This document shows, piece by piece, positions 26,306 to 39,025 of a stretch of DNA of 64,000 nucleotides. Source of the DNA: Candidatus Culexmicrobium cathedralense (GTDB taxonomy: Archaea > Thermoproteota > Methanomethylicia > Culexarchaeales > Culexmicrobiaceae); NCBI GenBank assembly GCA_025061115.1, contig JANZKC010000002.1, forward strand, positions 192,001-256,000. Direction: 5' to 3'. The translations under genes were made by a program, and so were the position numbers. Position 1 is the first letter of the stretch, and every line of letters starts with the position of its first letter. The notes beneath the pieces are model-generated. The model searched no databases, had not been told where the DNA came from, and saw nothing but the letters and a program-made list of their open reading frames with translations.

Positions 26306-27178
26306 TCACATAACGTATATTCCCATTTCTCTAGCTATCCTTCTTAATCTTTCCACTCTTTTTTCTACTGGGGGGTGGGTTGAGAATAATTCCTCTATCG
26401 TTCCTCGCTTGAGCGGATTTATTATCCAAAGGTGGCTTATTGCTGGATTTGATTTCACTGTTAGTCCGACTCTTTTGGCTTGGCTTATTTTTATGAGGGC
26501 GCTTGCGAGGTCTAGTGGTTTTCTTGTTATTTTTGCTCCTAATTCATCTGCTAAGTATTCCCTTCCTCTTGATATTGCAAATTGTACGATTAAAGCTGCT
26601 ATTGGAGCTAATATTGCTGCTAATATGAGGGCGATTGCAGATTCTGATCTTCTTCTGTCTTCTCCTGCTCCGAGGTAAAGTCCCCATCTTCCAACATATG
26701 CAAGGTAGCTTATTGCTCCAGCTATCGTAGCGGCTATAGTCGATATTAGGACATCTCTATTTTTAATGTGTGCTACTTCGTGTCCGATTACAGCTTCAAC
26801 TTCATCTTCGTCTAGAAGCGTAAGTAAACCTTTAGTTACTGCTACGACGCTTTTTCCCGGCCCCCTGCCTGTTGCAAAGGCGTTTGGAGCTGTCGAATCT
26901 ATAATTGCCACTTTCGGCTTCGGTATGTTGGCGAGATTTGCTACCCTTTCAACTATTCGGTGCAGCTTTGGATGCTCCTTAGGGGATACTAGTTTTGCTC
27001 CAGTCATCATGAGAACTATTCTATCCGAATAGAAGTATGTTAGGAAGTTCATTAAACCAGCCATGAACAGCGAAATTTCTATTGCTCCAATTGGATTTCC
27101 GAAGTATGAGCCTATCGCATAGCCGGTGAGAATTAAAATTGAAGTGAGTATTGCAAGGAGGAAGGTTACTTTTAGCAA
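26306..27178 (-). CDS. htpX: Zinc metalloprotease HtpX
   Basis: PNAFATGR, HEVAH, SRGREYLAD, STHPP. Confidence 0.95.
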   Translation of the reverse strand: MLKVTFLLAILTSILILTGYAIGSYFGNPIGAIEISLFMAGLMNFLTYFYSDRIVLMMTGAKLVSPKEHPKLHRIVERVANLANIPKPKVAIIDSTAPNAFATGRGPGKSVVAVTKGLLTLLDEDEVEAVIGHEVAHIKNRDVLISTIAATIAGAISYLAYVGRWGLYLGAGEDRRRSESAIALILAAILAPIAALIVQFAISRGREYLADELGAKITRKPLDLASALIKISQAKRVGLTVKSNPAISHLWIINPLKRGTIEELFSTHPPVEKRVERLRRIAREMGIYVM

Positions 27179-27223
27179 GGTTTAGGTCACCTAACTTGAG
27201 AAGAAATATTTGAGTTTAAAAAC

Positions 27224-29025
<1,802 letters not shown>

Positions 29026-29091
29026 CTAAATCACCACCAATTAATTTAACTTGCAGCCTTTTAAGATTATTTACAGCAATAAATATTAATT

Positions 29092-30891
29092 CTACTTCTT
29101 CTTTTTGGGGACATAGTAGTAGTATTCGCCAATTGCCTTTTGATGCCTGTCCAGCCAGGAGTTTGGCTTATTAACTCTAGGCCTACCAGTCTGAGGATCT
29201 CTCCTAAAAGTTACACCCACATCCTTAAGGAAAACGTTCATCCCCTTCCTAAGCCCAACTGGCCTTGCAGCTCGCCCCTCAACTCCAGGCTCCCCCGAAA
29301 ATACCATCAAGCTATTCGCAATCAAGCTTTGCACAATCAAGTCATGCTCAACGACAAAAGCAGCGGCCGCCCTACCCTCAACAATCCTCTTAATAATTCT
29401 GGCAACTGCAATTCTCTGCTCAACATCGAGATAAGCGCTGGGCTCGTCTAGCAAGTATATGTTCGCATCCATCGACAAGCAAGTTGCAATTGCAACTCTT
29501 TGAAGCTCACCTCCACTTAGCTCGGAAACGCTTCTGTCAAGCAGCTCTTGGAGGCCTAGCGGCTCTATTATTTCAGCCTTAAACCATGACGAGCCGTAAT
29601 TCTCGCCAGCAGCCTTCCTAAGGAGGGCTTCAACGCTACCTCTATAGGTTGGAGTCAAGTATTGAGGTTTATAGCTTATCTTCAAGCCGTATGCAGGAGC
29701 AAAACCTTCATCAGGCTCAATAATTCCTCCAATCAACTTGACGAACGTGGTTTTTCCGATTCCATTCGGACCTAAAATGCCGACGACCTCTCCAACGTGA
29801 ATTTCACCTGAATCAACCTTAAGCGTGAAATCTCCAAGCCTCTTAACCATACCGCCCCACTTCAAAAGTACGCTTTCAGGCCTCCACTCAATTTGACTTG
29901 GAGCTACATCAAATCTAACGGGCTCACGCCTAAACATGACATTTTCATCGGGCAAATATCCGTCAAGGTAAATGTTGATTCCAACGCGGACGCCGTGAAC
30001 TCTCGAAACAATGCCGTAAGCTCCCGGCTTACCGTAAAAAATGCAGACTTGATCTGAAATGTAATCTAAAACCGCTAAGTCGTGCTCAACAACTATGACG
30101 TACTTACCATCACCTGCGAGAGACCTAATAACTTTAGCTACTCGCATACGCTGATACACGTCTAAGTAGCTTGAAGGCTCGTCGAACAGGTAGACATCAG
30201 CATCCCTAGAAGCCACCGCTGCGACAGCAACTCGCTGAAGCTCACCTCCGCTTAGCACGGAAATGTCCCTACTCCAAATAGCATCGAGCTCAAGCAACCT
30301 TCTAAGCTCACTTATCACGCCACGCTCATCAACTTTCCTTAAAAGCTCTCCAACAACACCCTTGACAACCCGCGGGATTTTATCCACATACTGCGGCTTA
30401 TGAAATATCCTAAGTCGCCCACGTGAAAGCTTTTGAAAGTAATTTTGAAGCTCAGAGCCTCGATAATACCTTATCACTTCATCCCAACTTGGAGGTGAGT
30501 CATGCCTCCCTAAATTTGGCTTGATCTCTCCAGCCAAGATTTTTAATGCAGTGGTCTTTCCAACAGCATTTGGACCTATAAGCCCTAAAACTATGCCAGG
30601 CTTAGGTAGGGGGAGCCTGTAAAGCTTAAATGCATTGGGACCATACCTGTGAGAACACTCCTCCTCAAGCTCATCAGGCAAATTAACAATCTTAATTGCT
30701 TTAAATGGACATTTCCTAACGCAAATCCCGCAGCCCGAGCATAAAAGCTCAGCTATTACTGGCTTGCCAGTGGTCTCATCAAAAGTAACAGTTTGATCCC
30801 CACTCCTAACTCTAGGGCAAAAGCGATAACACTCCCTATTACAGTCCTTAGGCTTACAGCGATCCAAATCCAATATCGCAATTCTAACCAA
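29092..30891 (-). CDS. Ribosome recycling ATPase ABCE1/Rli1
   Basis: N-terminal Fe-S cysteines (C-x-P-x-x-C, CSGCGICVRKCP), two ABC domains with LSGGELQR, TFRRD. Confidence 0.96.
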   Translation of the reverse strand: MVRIAILDLDRCKPKDCNRECYRFCPRVRSGDQTVTFDETTGKPVIAELLCSGCGICVRKCPFKAIKIVNLPDELEEECSHRYGPNAFKLYRLPLPKPGIVLGLIGPNAVGKTTALKILAGEIKPNLGRHDSPPSWDEVIRYYRGSELQNYFQKLSRGRLRIFHKPQYVDKIPRVVKGVVGELLRKVDERGVISELRRLLELDAIWSRDISVLSGGELQRVAVAAVASRDADVYLFDEPSSYLDVYQRMRVAKVIRSLAGDGKYVIVVEHDLAVLDYISDQVCIFYGKPGAYGIVSRVHGVRVGINIYLDGYLPDENVMFRREPVRFDVAPSQIEWRPESVLLKWGGMVKRLGDFTLKVDSGEIHVGEVVGILGPNGIGKTTFVKLIGGIIEPDEGFAPAYGLKISYKPQYLTPTYRGSVEALLRKAAGENYGSSWFKAEIIEPLGLQELLDRSVSELSGGELQRVAIATCLSMDANIYLLDEPSAYLDVEQRIAVARIIKRIVEGRAAAAFVVEHDLIVQSLIANSLMVFSGEPGVEGRAARPVGLRKGMNVFLKDVGVTFRRDPQTGRPRVNKPNSWLDRHQKAIGEYYYYVPKKKK

Positions 30892-30949
30892 CAGGCTCCC
30901 CCCAGCCACCAGCTCCGTAAAAGATATGTTGAGCAATGCAATTTAACTT

Positions 30950-31020
30950 GTGGGAGATGATGTCAAGGCGACGGCGAGCACATAGATGGATGGCTGGTGC
31001 TGTGGACACTGATCCCCCAC
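30950..31020 (+). ncRNA. Candidate box C/D sRNA
   Basis: GTGGGA/TCCCCCAC terminal stem, C-like ATGATGT, D CTGA 31009; internal boxes degenerate. Confidence 0.45.
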
Positions 31021-31063
31021 AAACAATATAAAAGTAAGTAGTTAATTGCGCTTGAAATCGCCA

Positions 31064-31351
31064 TCAGCCAGGCTCACTTTCACTCTCAGTTTCAGCATAC
31101 GTTTCTAGGAAAAGCCTATAGTAATCCTCCATGAGCTCCTGCTCTTCCTTGGACTTCTTAATCATCCTCATTTCAGCTTCACCAACAACAGCCATTTTCC
31201 TGCGCTTGCCCTCTTCAACCGCATACGTTACTTTATATGAATTTGAGTTCTTAAGCTTCTTAATGAAACCACAGCTCCTACAAACTAGAACTGTCTCGCC
31301 ATCACGCCTTTCAGGCACAAGCATTCTACCGCATTTTTCACAGAATTCCAA
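31064..31351 (-). CDS. RpoM/TFS-like protein with only the N-terminal Zn ribbon
   Basis: EFCEKCGRMLVP...LVCRSCGF; acidic helical tail; GGAGG SD before TTG. Confidence 0.7.
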   Translation of the reverse strand: MEFCEKCGRMLVPERRDGETVLVCRSCGFIKKLKNSNSYKVTYAVEEGKRRKMAVVGEAEMRMIKKSKEEQELMEDYYRLFLETYAETESESEPG

Positions 31352-31500
31352 ACCATACGCCTCCAATATACCGGGAAGGTAGATCCGTAACACACTACCG
31401 CTTTAGAGTCTGAAAGCACCCCTAAATATTTAAAGTTAACGTTAAGTGAGTTAGAACCCTTTATTTAAGGGGCTTACACAATATATTTTGGGAGAAAAGC

Positions 31501-32568
31501 ATGTCCGGAATCCCACTAGTATTCCCATTTTCAGCAATAGTTGATCAGGAGAAAATGAAGCTCGCGTTACTGCTCAACGCCATCAACCCAAGAATTGGAG
31601 GAGTCCTAATTAGAGGAGCCAAAGGAACTGGTAAAAGCACAGCAGTAAGAGCACTAGCAGACCTGCTACCAGAAATCGAAGTCGTCAAGGGATGCCCATT
31701 CAACTGCAATCCAAGAGACCCAACAAACATGTGCGAGATCTGCAGGGAAAAATACGAGGCAGGAGAGGAATTGCCAGTTGAAAGAAGGAAAATGCGAATA
31801 ATAACACTGCCAATAGGAGCAACTGAAGATAGAGTTGTGGGAACGCTTGACATCACTAGAGCCATCAGAGAAGGAGTAAAGGCATTAGAGCCAGGCCTGC
31901 TAGCCGAAGCAAATCAAAACATTCTGTACGTCGACGAAATAAATCTACTTCCAGACCACATTGTAGACGACATTTTAGATGCAGCAGCATCGGGCTGGAA
32001 CGTCGTGGAGAGGGAGGGCATATCAGTAGCTCATCCAGCTAGATTCATTCTAATCGGAACAATGAACCCTGAGGAAGGAGAGCTTAGACCCCAACTGCTA
32101 GACAGAATGGCCCTCCACGTACAAGTAAACACGATTTACGACAGGGAGCTAAGAATCGAAATAATGAAAAGAAATTTGGAATTTGAAGAAAATCCAATAA
32201 AATTCAGAGAAAAATATAAGGAAGAGCAAGAAAAACTGAAAAGAAGGATAGTAGAAGCTAAGAAAATACTGACCAAAGTCAGAGTCCCAACAAACCTAAT
32301 TGAGGTCATAGCTAGAATGTGCATATCACTACACGTCGATGGCCACAGGCCAGACATAATAATGCTAAAAACAGCAAAAACGCTAGCTGCATTCGAAGGC
32401 AGAACAGAAGTCAAGCCAGAGGACATACTTACCTGCGCATACCTAACGCTAAGCCATAGAACTAGGAGAGGAGGACTTGAGGAGCCTGCAACTCCAAAGC
32501 AGATTGAAGATGCATTTTACAGAGCTCTCGAAGAAATAGCTATTAAAGTCGAAGCTCCTCAGCAGTAA
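31501..32568 (+). CDS. Mg-chelatase subunit I (ChlI/BchI)-like AAA+ ATPase
   Basis: [50 protein letters not shown]. Confidence 0.92.
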   Translation: MSGIPLVFPFSAIVDQEKMKLALLLNAINPRIGGVLIRGAKGTGKSTAVRALADLLPEIEVVKGCPFNCNPRDPTNMCEICREKYEAGEELPVERRKMRIITLPIGATEDRVVGTLDITRAIREGVKALEPGLLAEANQNILYVDEINLLPDHIVDDILDAAASGWNVVEREGISVAHPARFILIGTMNPEEGELRPQLLDRMALHVQVNTIYDRELRIEIMKRNLEFEENPIKFREKYKEEQEKLKRRIVEAKKILTKVRVPTNLIEVIARMCISLHVDGHRPDIIMLKTAKTLAAFEGRTEVKPEDILTCAYLTLSHRTRRGGLEEPATPKQIEDAFYRALEEIAIKVEAPQQ

Positions 32569-33286
32569 GCTCAACGCTCCTTCTAGGCTCAATTCTCTCA
32601 ATAATCCCATCTCTGATCCACGCAATTCTATCACTAACGCCAAGCATTTTCAAGTCGTGAGTTGCGCAAATAACAGTCACACCACTCTCAACGCAAATTC
32701 TCTTAAGTAAAGAAACGATCCTAAGTCCAGACTCCAAGTCCAAGTTAGCTGTAGGCTCATCAGCAAGAATTATCGAGGGATTATTAGCTAAAGCCCTGGC
32801 AATAGCAACCCTCTGCTGCTGCCCTCCACTTAGCTGATCAGGCTTATGATAAAGCCTATCGCCCAAACCAACCTGCTCTAAAAGCCTCTTGGCCCTCTCA
32901 ATCCTCTCACTTCTCGGAACACCTGCAAAGAGCATGGGAAGCATCACATTATCCAAGGCTGTAAGGGATAAAATCAAGTTGAAAGTTTGAAATATGTAGC
33001 CTACCTTAAAGCACCTGAAAATGGCCAGCTCCTCAAAGGTCATTTCAGCCAAATTTCTACCTTCAACGTAAACTTCACCTTTGGTTGGCTTGTCAAGCCC
33101 CCCAATCATGTTGAAAAGCGTTGTTTTACCGCTTCCGCTAGGCCCCATTATTGAGAGGTATTCGCCCTTAAAAACCTTCAAATTCACCCCTTTAAGGGCC
33201 TTTACAACCCAGTTCTTCATGAAGTAATACTTATGCAAATCTACAGTTTCAACAATGCACTTCACAGCTAAATCAACTCCAACCAA
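32543..33286 (-). CDS. ABC transporter ATP-binding protein (LolD/MacB family)
   Basis: [39 protein letters not shown]. Confidence 0.93.
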   Translation of the reverse strand: MVGVDLAVKCIVETVDLHKYYFMKNWVVKALKGVNLKVFKGEYLSIMGPSGSGKTTLFNMIGGLDKPTKGEVYVEGRNLAEMTFEELAIFRCFKVGYIFQTFNLILSLTALDNVMLPMLFAGVPRSERIERAKRLLEQVGLGDRLYHKPDQLSGGQQQRVAIARALANNPSIILADEPTANLDLESGLRIVSLLKRICVESGVTVICATHDLKMLGVSDRIAWIRDGIIERIEPRRSVELTAEELRL

Positions 33287-33356
33287 AAATTTACATATTA
33301 AAATTTAAGTGTAGCGAAGTAAGATAGCTTGTAAGTGTGCATGGAAGTGATAAGCC

Positions 33357-33902
33357 GTGAGAGACTTCAACCTTCTCATAGCAACCCAAAGAGGTAGGGA
33401 AGACGACTGCATGTCGGAGCTGTGGTACCTCCTAAGAGAAGTTGGAGATGAAAAAGCCCTATACGACAGAACTGGAATTCCAGGACTAGTAATCGTCAAA
33501 TCATCGCTCAACCCATTTGAAGCAATTAGAAGGCTAAGGGAAATCGCTGAGGAGAGGCCATGGGAGTTCAGGTACGTCTTGAAAGTCACGCCAATAGAGG
33601 TAGTAGTACCAACCGAGCTCGAAAGGATAAGGGAAAAAGTAAGGGAGCTTTCAAGCAAAATAGATTTAAATGAAACATTTAGAGTCACGGTCAATAAGAG
33701 AGCTACTGCGCTTAGCTCAAGAGAAGTAATTGAGGTAGCCGCATCAGTTATAGATAGAAAGGTGGACCTGAAAAATCCAGACAAAGTCGTTCAAATAGAA
33801 ATTCTAGGTGAAGTTACAGGAATATCGATTATAAAGCCATCGGACATACTTTCCATAGCTAAAATCAAGGAGGAATTCATTAGAAAGATGAGGGAAGGGT
33901 AA
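33357..33902 (+). CDS. THUMP domain protein (Tan1-like)
   Basis: FNLLIAT..GRE, ETFRVTVNKR, KVDLKNPDKVVQIEI. Confidence 0.85.
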   Translation: MRDFNLLIATQRGREDDCMSELWYLLREVGDEKALYDRTGIPGLVIVKSSLNPFEAIRRLREIAEERPWEFRYVLKVTPIEVVVPTELERIREKVRELSSKIDLNETFRVTVNKRATALSSREVIEVAASVIDRKVDLKNPDKVVQIEILGEVTGISIIKPSDILSIAKIKEEFIRKMREG

Positions 33903-33909
33903 GGCTGAG

Positions 33910-34524
33910 CTACTTCAACACTTCAAGAAGAGCTCCACGCTCAATTACTATGCGCTCAATAGCTTCACGCAAGTCAATTCCACTTCTAACCACTGCGTCC
34001 AGCTCAACATTACTAACGTCGAAAATCCTTCTAAGAACGTTCACCTTCTCATCACTTCTAATTTCCAATGCAGAGTTATCAATTACTCCGCCAACGGAAT
34101 CTACAAAAAAGCGAACAGCTGAAATGGCAGGTCCGGAATCCTTAGAAGCGCAAATGACTGCAAGTTCAGTTGAATCACTCTTAACTCCAACGGCTTCAAT
34201 AGCATCCCTAATCTGCCTCCTCCCAGAAATGTAGAGAATGATTTCAACTTCAACTCTATCGCAAACATTTCTACCCTCCGCAAAAGCTCTCAAAGCTCTA
34301 AGAGCAGCTGAAGCTGCATGCCTCCAAGAAGCTATGCAGTTAGCATCAACCACCTGTAGCACAACTCCAAACTTATCCCTACAGCTCTTAGCTACTTCAA
34401 GGATACTTTGAACATCCCGTTTTCCTTGCAGAGCAACTCCAGCTAAGCATATAAACTTCTTTTCAAGCTCCTCAACCGCAACTAGAATTGGCTTATTCAA
34501 CTTCCAATTCAGCACCAGAATCAC
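33910..34524 (-). CDS. cgi121: KEOPS complex subunit Cgi121
   Basis: QVVDA, EIILYISGRRQIRDAI, ERGALL. Confidence 0.85.
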   Translation of the reverse strand: MILVLNWKLNKPILVAVEELEKKFICLAGVALQGKRDVQSILEVAKSCRDKFGVVLQVVDANCIASWRHAASAALRALRAFAEGRNVCDRVEVEIILYISGRRQIRDAIEAVGVKSDSTELAVICASKDSGPAISAVRFFVDSVGGVIDNSALEIRSDEKVNVLRRIFDVSNVELDAVVRSGIDLREAIERIVIERGALLEVLK

Positions 34525-35125
34525 TGTCCTCTTTAAATATCAATGGGAAAAATTCTTCCACAAATTCCCTCCTAACTCCAACTTCAATAAGCTTAGTTCT
34601 TATTTCCTCAGCTTGCAACCCATCTTCAAGCCACTTATGAGCTAGGCTTTTAATGGTTTCATAGGGCTCCCACGGATATATTATCCAAGCATCGGTCTTG
34701 CTTACGTAGTAGTCTGGGACAAAGGTCGTCCAAGGCTTAACGTGAATCGTAGCAACCCTAATTTCATCTGCACCCTCATCAATTAAATGCTTAACAGCAG
34801 CAGTCAAACTACTTCCAGTATCTGAAACATCATCGGCTATGAGAACCTTCTTCCCTCTAACACTGGTTGAAACTGGCTGTGTAACCACTGGACTTCTAGA
34901 AGTCTCTGCAATTCCCTTGTAAAATTCAATTCTTAAACTCGCAATATCAGGAATGTCAAGAAGATCCGACAGCAGCCTAGCAACTATCCAACCGCCTCTA
35001 GCAATTCCAACAATTATCTCCGGATTAAACCCACTTTCCCTTATAACCTTAGCTAACTTAAGAACTTGAAGGTGAATTTCATCCCATGATGGAGCTATGA
35101 AACTCAGCCTATCCAACGCTGGCAC
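34493..35125 (-). CDS. Purine phosphoribosyltransferase (HGXPRT-like)
   Basis: GIARGG, VLIADDVSDTGSSL, WIIYPWE. Confidence 0.9.
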   Translation of the reverse strand: MPALDRLSFIAPSWDEIHLQVLKLAKVIRESGFNPEIIVGIARGGWIVARLLSDLLDIPDIASLRIEFYKGIAETSRSPVVTQPVSTSVRGKKVLIADDVSDTGSSLTAAVKHLIDEGADEIRVATIHVKPWTTFVPDYYVSKTDAWIIYPWEPYETIKSLAHKWLEDGLQAEEIRTKLIEVGVRREFVEEFFPLIFKEDSDSGAELEVE

Positions 35126-35136
35126 CAGCTTTAAAG

Positions 35137-35754
35137 CTAATTTGCAGCAGTATTTTTAGATGTTTCTATAGCTCTAAATCCTAACTCGAAAGCTCTTAAA
35201 TTCTCTTCTAGAAATCTGCTTGGAATAACCTCTTCAACCGCACTTAACATCAACTGTCGGTCAATGAGCTCCCTAAACACCGAAGTGAAAGCTCCAAGCA
35301 TTGCTATGTTAATTGAAGCTGGAAGCCCCACCTTAGAAGCTATGGAGCTCGCATCAACAACTTCAACTTCCCCAGCAACTTTCTTAAGTACATTCAACAC
35401 TTCACTGAAGCCCGGCATGCGCTCAACTCCAAGCAGAACTGAAACTGGAAGTATGGCTTTGGGGTTGACGATCACCCTAGAACTTCTCGACAAAAATTGA
35501 AGTGCCCTTAAAGCTTCAATGTAATCTAAAGCTATTAATGCATGGGCTCGCCCAGCTTCAACTAATGGGCTCTCAACATCCGAACCGAACCGAACGTAGC
35601 TTTGAACAACCCCGCCTCTCTGAGACATCCCCAAAGTCTCTCCAACCCTGACCTTGTACCCTGCTTTCAGGGCCCACAAAGCAATTACCCTAGACAGGGT
35701 TAGAATTCCTTGACCTCCAACTCCAACAATAACTAGATTGAACTCCTCCACCAA
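35137..35754 (-). CDS. iorB: Indolepyruvate:ferredoxin oxidoreductase beta subunit
   Basis: GVGGQG, ETLGMSQRGG, NLRAFELG. Confidence 0.92.
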   Translation of the reverse strand: MVEEFNLVIVGVGGQGILTLSRVIALWALKAGYKVRVGETLGMSQRGGVVQSYVRFGSDVESPLVEAGRAHALIALDYIEALRALQFLSRSSRVIVNPKAILPVSVLLGVERMPGFSEVLNVLKKVAGEVEVVDASSIASKVGLPASINIAMLGAFTSVFRELIDRQLMLSAVEEVIPSRFLEENLRAFELGFRAIETSKNTAAN

Positions 35755-35755
35755 A

Positions 35756-37609
35756 TCACTTCACCCCAATGGCATTAACGGGGCAAACCTGAGCACACAC
35801 TCCACAGCCAATGCATAAAGACTCATCGATAACTGGACCAGCAAACTCATCCCACAAAAGCGCTGGACAACCTAAACTTGAAATACAGCTCCTACACTTA
35901 ACGCACTTCTCCCTATTAATCGCAATGACGTGAAGCTTGCCAATGCGTCTCTTAGCTAGAAGTGCGCACTCCCTCCTAGCAACTACGACTTGAACGCCAT
36001 CAAAGCTGCTTAAGACCTTCTTGAAAACATCAACAGTGCGACGCACATCATACGGGTCCACAGCATAAACATGCTTAATGCCAATACCCCTAACTAAGTC
36101 AACTATGTCGACTTCCGTTGCAGATGACCCGTCAGCTCTAACGTTAATTCCAGGATGCGGCTGATGGCCGGTCATGGCCGTAGTTCTATTATCAAGGATA
36201 ACGACGACGATGTTCACGCCAAAGTGAACTGCATCAATCAATGCAGGTATGCCTGCATGAAAGAATGTTGAGTCGCCTATCGTTGCAACTACAGGCTTAT
36301 CGTAGCCAGCGTACTTTAAACCTAAAGCCATAGATATGCTAGCACCCATGCAGTGCTCAGTCCATATGGCTTCAAGAGGCTTTTGGAGACTTAATGCATA
36401 GCAGCCAATATCTCCAAATATCGGAATGTCCTCCCGCTTATAGCCCAGATCCTTAATTGCCTTTAACAAGGCATAGTAAGTTGCTCTGTGAGGGCATCCA
36501 GGGCACATTGGTGGAGGTCTAGATGGCACATCAAATTCTCGAAGTGGCTTTGGCGGCTCATAAGCTAAGCCCATGAAAGATGCAATCGCGCTCTTAACAA
36601 CTTCAGGCTTAAGCTCACCCTCCCTAGGAATTAACCCATTAAACTTGCCTAGAATCACAGGTGGATTTTCAACCAAGGTTGACAGAGCCCTCAATCGAAC
36701 TTCAATAAATGGCTCTAGCTCCTCAACTACTAGGATCTTCTCACAGCCCTTCAGCGCAGAATCCACAATGCTTTTGGGAAATGGATTCAGCATTCCCAGC
36801 TTGAAAATCCTCACTCCACTGATATTCAAGCTGTGAACAGCTTCAACTACATATGCGTATGAGATGCCCGAAGCAATTATGGCCAATCTCCCTTCGCCTT
36901 CAACCCTATTTAATGGGCACTCCTCAGCACATAACTCCGCCAGCTTCATCCTCCCATTAAGCCACTTATGCCTATTCAAATTCCACTTCATCGAAGCTCT
37001 AACGTACCTAGGCAAATCTCGGGGAAACCTAATTTCTCGGCTAACTTCCCGAACCACCCCTAAAAGCACATCACCAGTAGTATGGTTAACACGAGTAGTA
37101 GTCCTAAATAATACTGGAAGCTTAAGCTTCTCAGACAACTCAAAAGACCAAACAATGCCATCCTTAGCTTCCTGCGGATTAGAAGGCTCAACCATCGGAA
37201 GATTAGTTAATAGGGCGTAGAACCTACTATCCTGTTCAGTTTGAGTTGTATGGGGGCCAGGATCATCCGCAACTAAAATCACCATTCCACCATTAACGCC
37301 GCAGTAAGCTGCCGACATTAAAGCGTCAGCTGCAACATTAATTCCGGGAGCCTTCATAGTGACAAGAGACCTCAATCCAGCATTTGAAGCTGCAAGAGCC
37401 ACTTCAAACGCAACCTTCTCGTTAGCAAACCAGTCAACCTTAATCTTCAAGTGCCTCGCTACCCTAGCAAGCGACATAATTACTTCAGATGAAGGAGTTC
37501 CCGGATAGCCAGTAACTACGTGGACGCCGGCTTCAATAGCACCTCTAGCGATAGCCTCATTACCCATTAATAAGACTCGCGAGCCAGGCTTGCCCAGAAG
37601 CCTATCCAT
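35756..37609 (-). CDS. iorA: Indolepyruvate:ferredoxin oxidoreductase alpha subunit
   Basis: GNEAIARG, GYPGTPSSE, CPGCPH, GDIGCY, GDSTFFHAG, C-terminal ferredoxin domain. Confidence 0.94.
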   Translation of the reverse strand: MDRLLGKPGSRVLLMGNEAIARGAIEAGVHVVTGYPGTPSSEVIMSLARVARHLKIKVDWFANEKVAFEVALAASNAGLRSLVTMKAPGINVAADALMSAAYCGVNGGMVILVADDPGPHTTQTEQDSRFYALLTNLPMVEPSNPQEAKDGIVWSFELSEKLKLPVLFRTTTRVNHTTGDVLLGVVREVSREIRFPRDLPRYVRASMKWNLNRHKWLNGRMKLAELCAEECPLNRVEGEGRLAIIASGISYAYVVEAVHSLNISGVRIFKLGMLNPFPKSIVDSALKGCEKILVVEELEPFIEVRLRALSTLVENPPVILGKFNGLIPREGELKPEVVKSAIASFMGLAYEPPKPLREFDVPSRPPPMCPGCPHRATYYALLKAIKDLGYKREDIPIFGDIGCYALSLQKPLEAIWTEHCMGASISMALGLKYAGYDKPVVATIGDSTFFHAGIPALIDAVHFGVNIVVVILDNRTTAMTGHQPHPGINVRADGSSATEVDIVDLVRGIGIKHVYAVDPYDVRRTVDVFKKVLSSFDGVQVVVARRECALLAKRRIGKLHVIAINREKCVKCRSCISSLGCPALLWDEFAGPVIDESLCIGCGVCAQVCPVNAIGVK

Positions 37610-39005
37610 GAAAACGCCTCCCAAATTTCCTCCCAAATTTTATTCTACCATAATCTACTAAAACTTTCATGGCCTCAGCAGCACCACGAGGAGATGAAAC
37701 GTTAGGTACTTGATTACCCTCAAGAAGTTTAACTCCCTCCTCAACAACATCGCCGTAAAGGAAAGAGGCGATAATAGGCTTATCAGGATAAAACCTCCTT
37801 GCATCGATAACAGCTCTAGCAGCCAATGTCGAATCCATGAAGCTTGGAGGAACACAGATTACAATTACTCCATCAAATTCCCTTGAGCTTAAGAGGATTT
37901 TAAGAGATTCAAAGTACCAATCATAGCTCGCATTAGCCGTCAAGTCTATTGGATTTCTAACGCTGCAAATAGGTGGAAGAATCGACATTAACTTCGACTT
38001 CAACTCACTTGAAGGCTCAGGAACCTTTAACCCCAAGCTTTCACAAGCATCAGTCGTTAAAACTCCAGGACCACCGGAGTTGGTTAAAATCGCAACCCTA
38101 TCTCCGCGAGCTGGAGGCTGAGTAGACAGAGCTTTAGCAGAGTTAAAAAGATCTTCAAGAAACTCTACTTGAATTATTCCAGCTTGCCTAAAAGCTCCAG
38201 CATAAACAGCATAAGAAGAAGCGAGAGAGCCGGTATGAGAAGAAGCAGCTCTAATTCCAGCATTGCTCCTTCCACCCTTCAAAGCTATGACGGGCTTTAT
38301 CAAAGAAGCCTCCCTAGCCACCTCTATGAGATGCCTCCCACGCTTAACACTCTCCATATATAGCGCAATCACCTTAGTGCCTTCATCCCCAGCCAAGTAG
38401 GCTAAAACTTCAGACTCATCAACATCAGCTGAATTCCCACAGCTAATGAACTTGCTAAATCCTATCCTACTAGCCCTAGCATATGCAAAAAGAACTCCTC
38501 CAATAGCTCCACTTTGAGAAATTAGTGATATTGGACCTGACTTAACCCTGAACTCTAGGCAGGCGTAGAGGTTTAAGCTGGTATTAACAACTCCAGCACT
38601 ATTTGGTCCAATAATCCTAACGCCATAAGACTTAGCTATGGATATAAGCCTTCTCTCCAAATCATAATTTCCAACTTCACTAAAACCGGCAGAAATAATC
38701 ACAGCTCCCTTAACACCCTTTACTCCACACTCCTCCACAACCTTAAGCGCTGCTTGAGCAGGCGTTGTCACAACTGCAAGCTCAGGAGTTTTAGGAAGCT
38801 TCAACACGGATTGATAGACTTTTAAGCCGAGAATTTCTCCGCCTTTAGGGTTTACAGGATAAACATCACCCTCAAATCCTCCCTCAATAATGTTCTTGAG
38901 AACTTCATATCCTATTTTCCCCGGCCGACTTGAAGCTCCAATAACAGCCACTGCACTGGGTTCAAGCATCTCCCTAATTTTTGGATCAAAAATCAGCCTT
39001 ACCAC
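37602..39005 (-). CDS. acdA: Acetate/acyl-CoA ligase (ADP-forming) alpha subunit
   Basis: AVIGAS, GPN, SQSG, SHTGSLA, TNSGGPG, NPIDLT. Confidence 0.9.
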   Translation of the reverse strand: MVRLIFDPKIREMLEPSAVAVIGASSRPGKIGYEVLKNIIEGGFEGDVYPVNPKGGEILGLKVYQSVLKLPKTPELAVVTTPAQAALKVVEECGVKGVKGAVIISAGFSEVGNYDLERRLISIAKSYGVRIIGPNSAGVVNTSLNLYACLEFRVKSGPISLISQSGAIGGVLFAYARASRIGFSKFISCGNSADVDESEVLAYLAGDEGTKVIALYMESVKRGRHLIEVAREASLIKPVIALKGGRSNAGIRAASSHTGSLASSYAVYAGAFRQAGIIQVEFLEDLFNSAKALSTQPPARGDRVAILTNSGGPGVLTTDACESLGLKVPEPSSELKSKLMSILPPICSVRNPIDLTANASYDWYFESLKILLSSREFDGVIVICVPPSFMDSTLAARAVIDARRFYPDKPIIASFLYGDVVEEGVKLLEGNQVPNVSSPRGAAEAMKVLVDYGRIKFGRKFGRRFHG

Positions 39006-39025
39006 CCCTATAAAAACCCTAAGCT

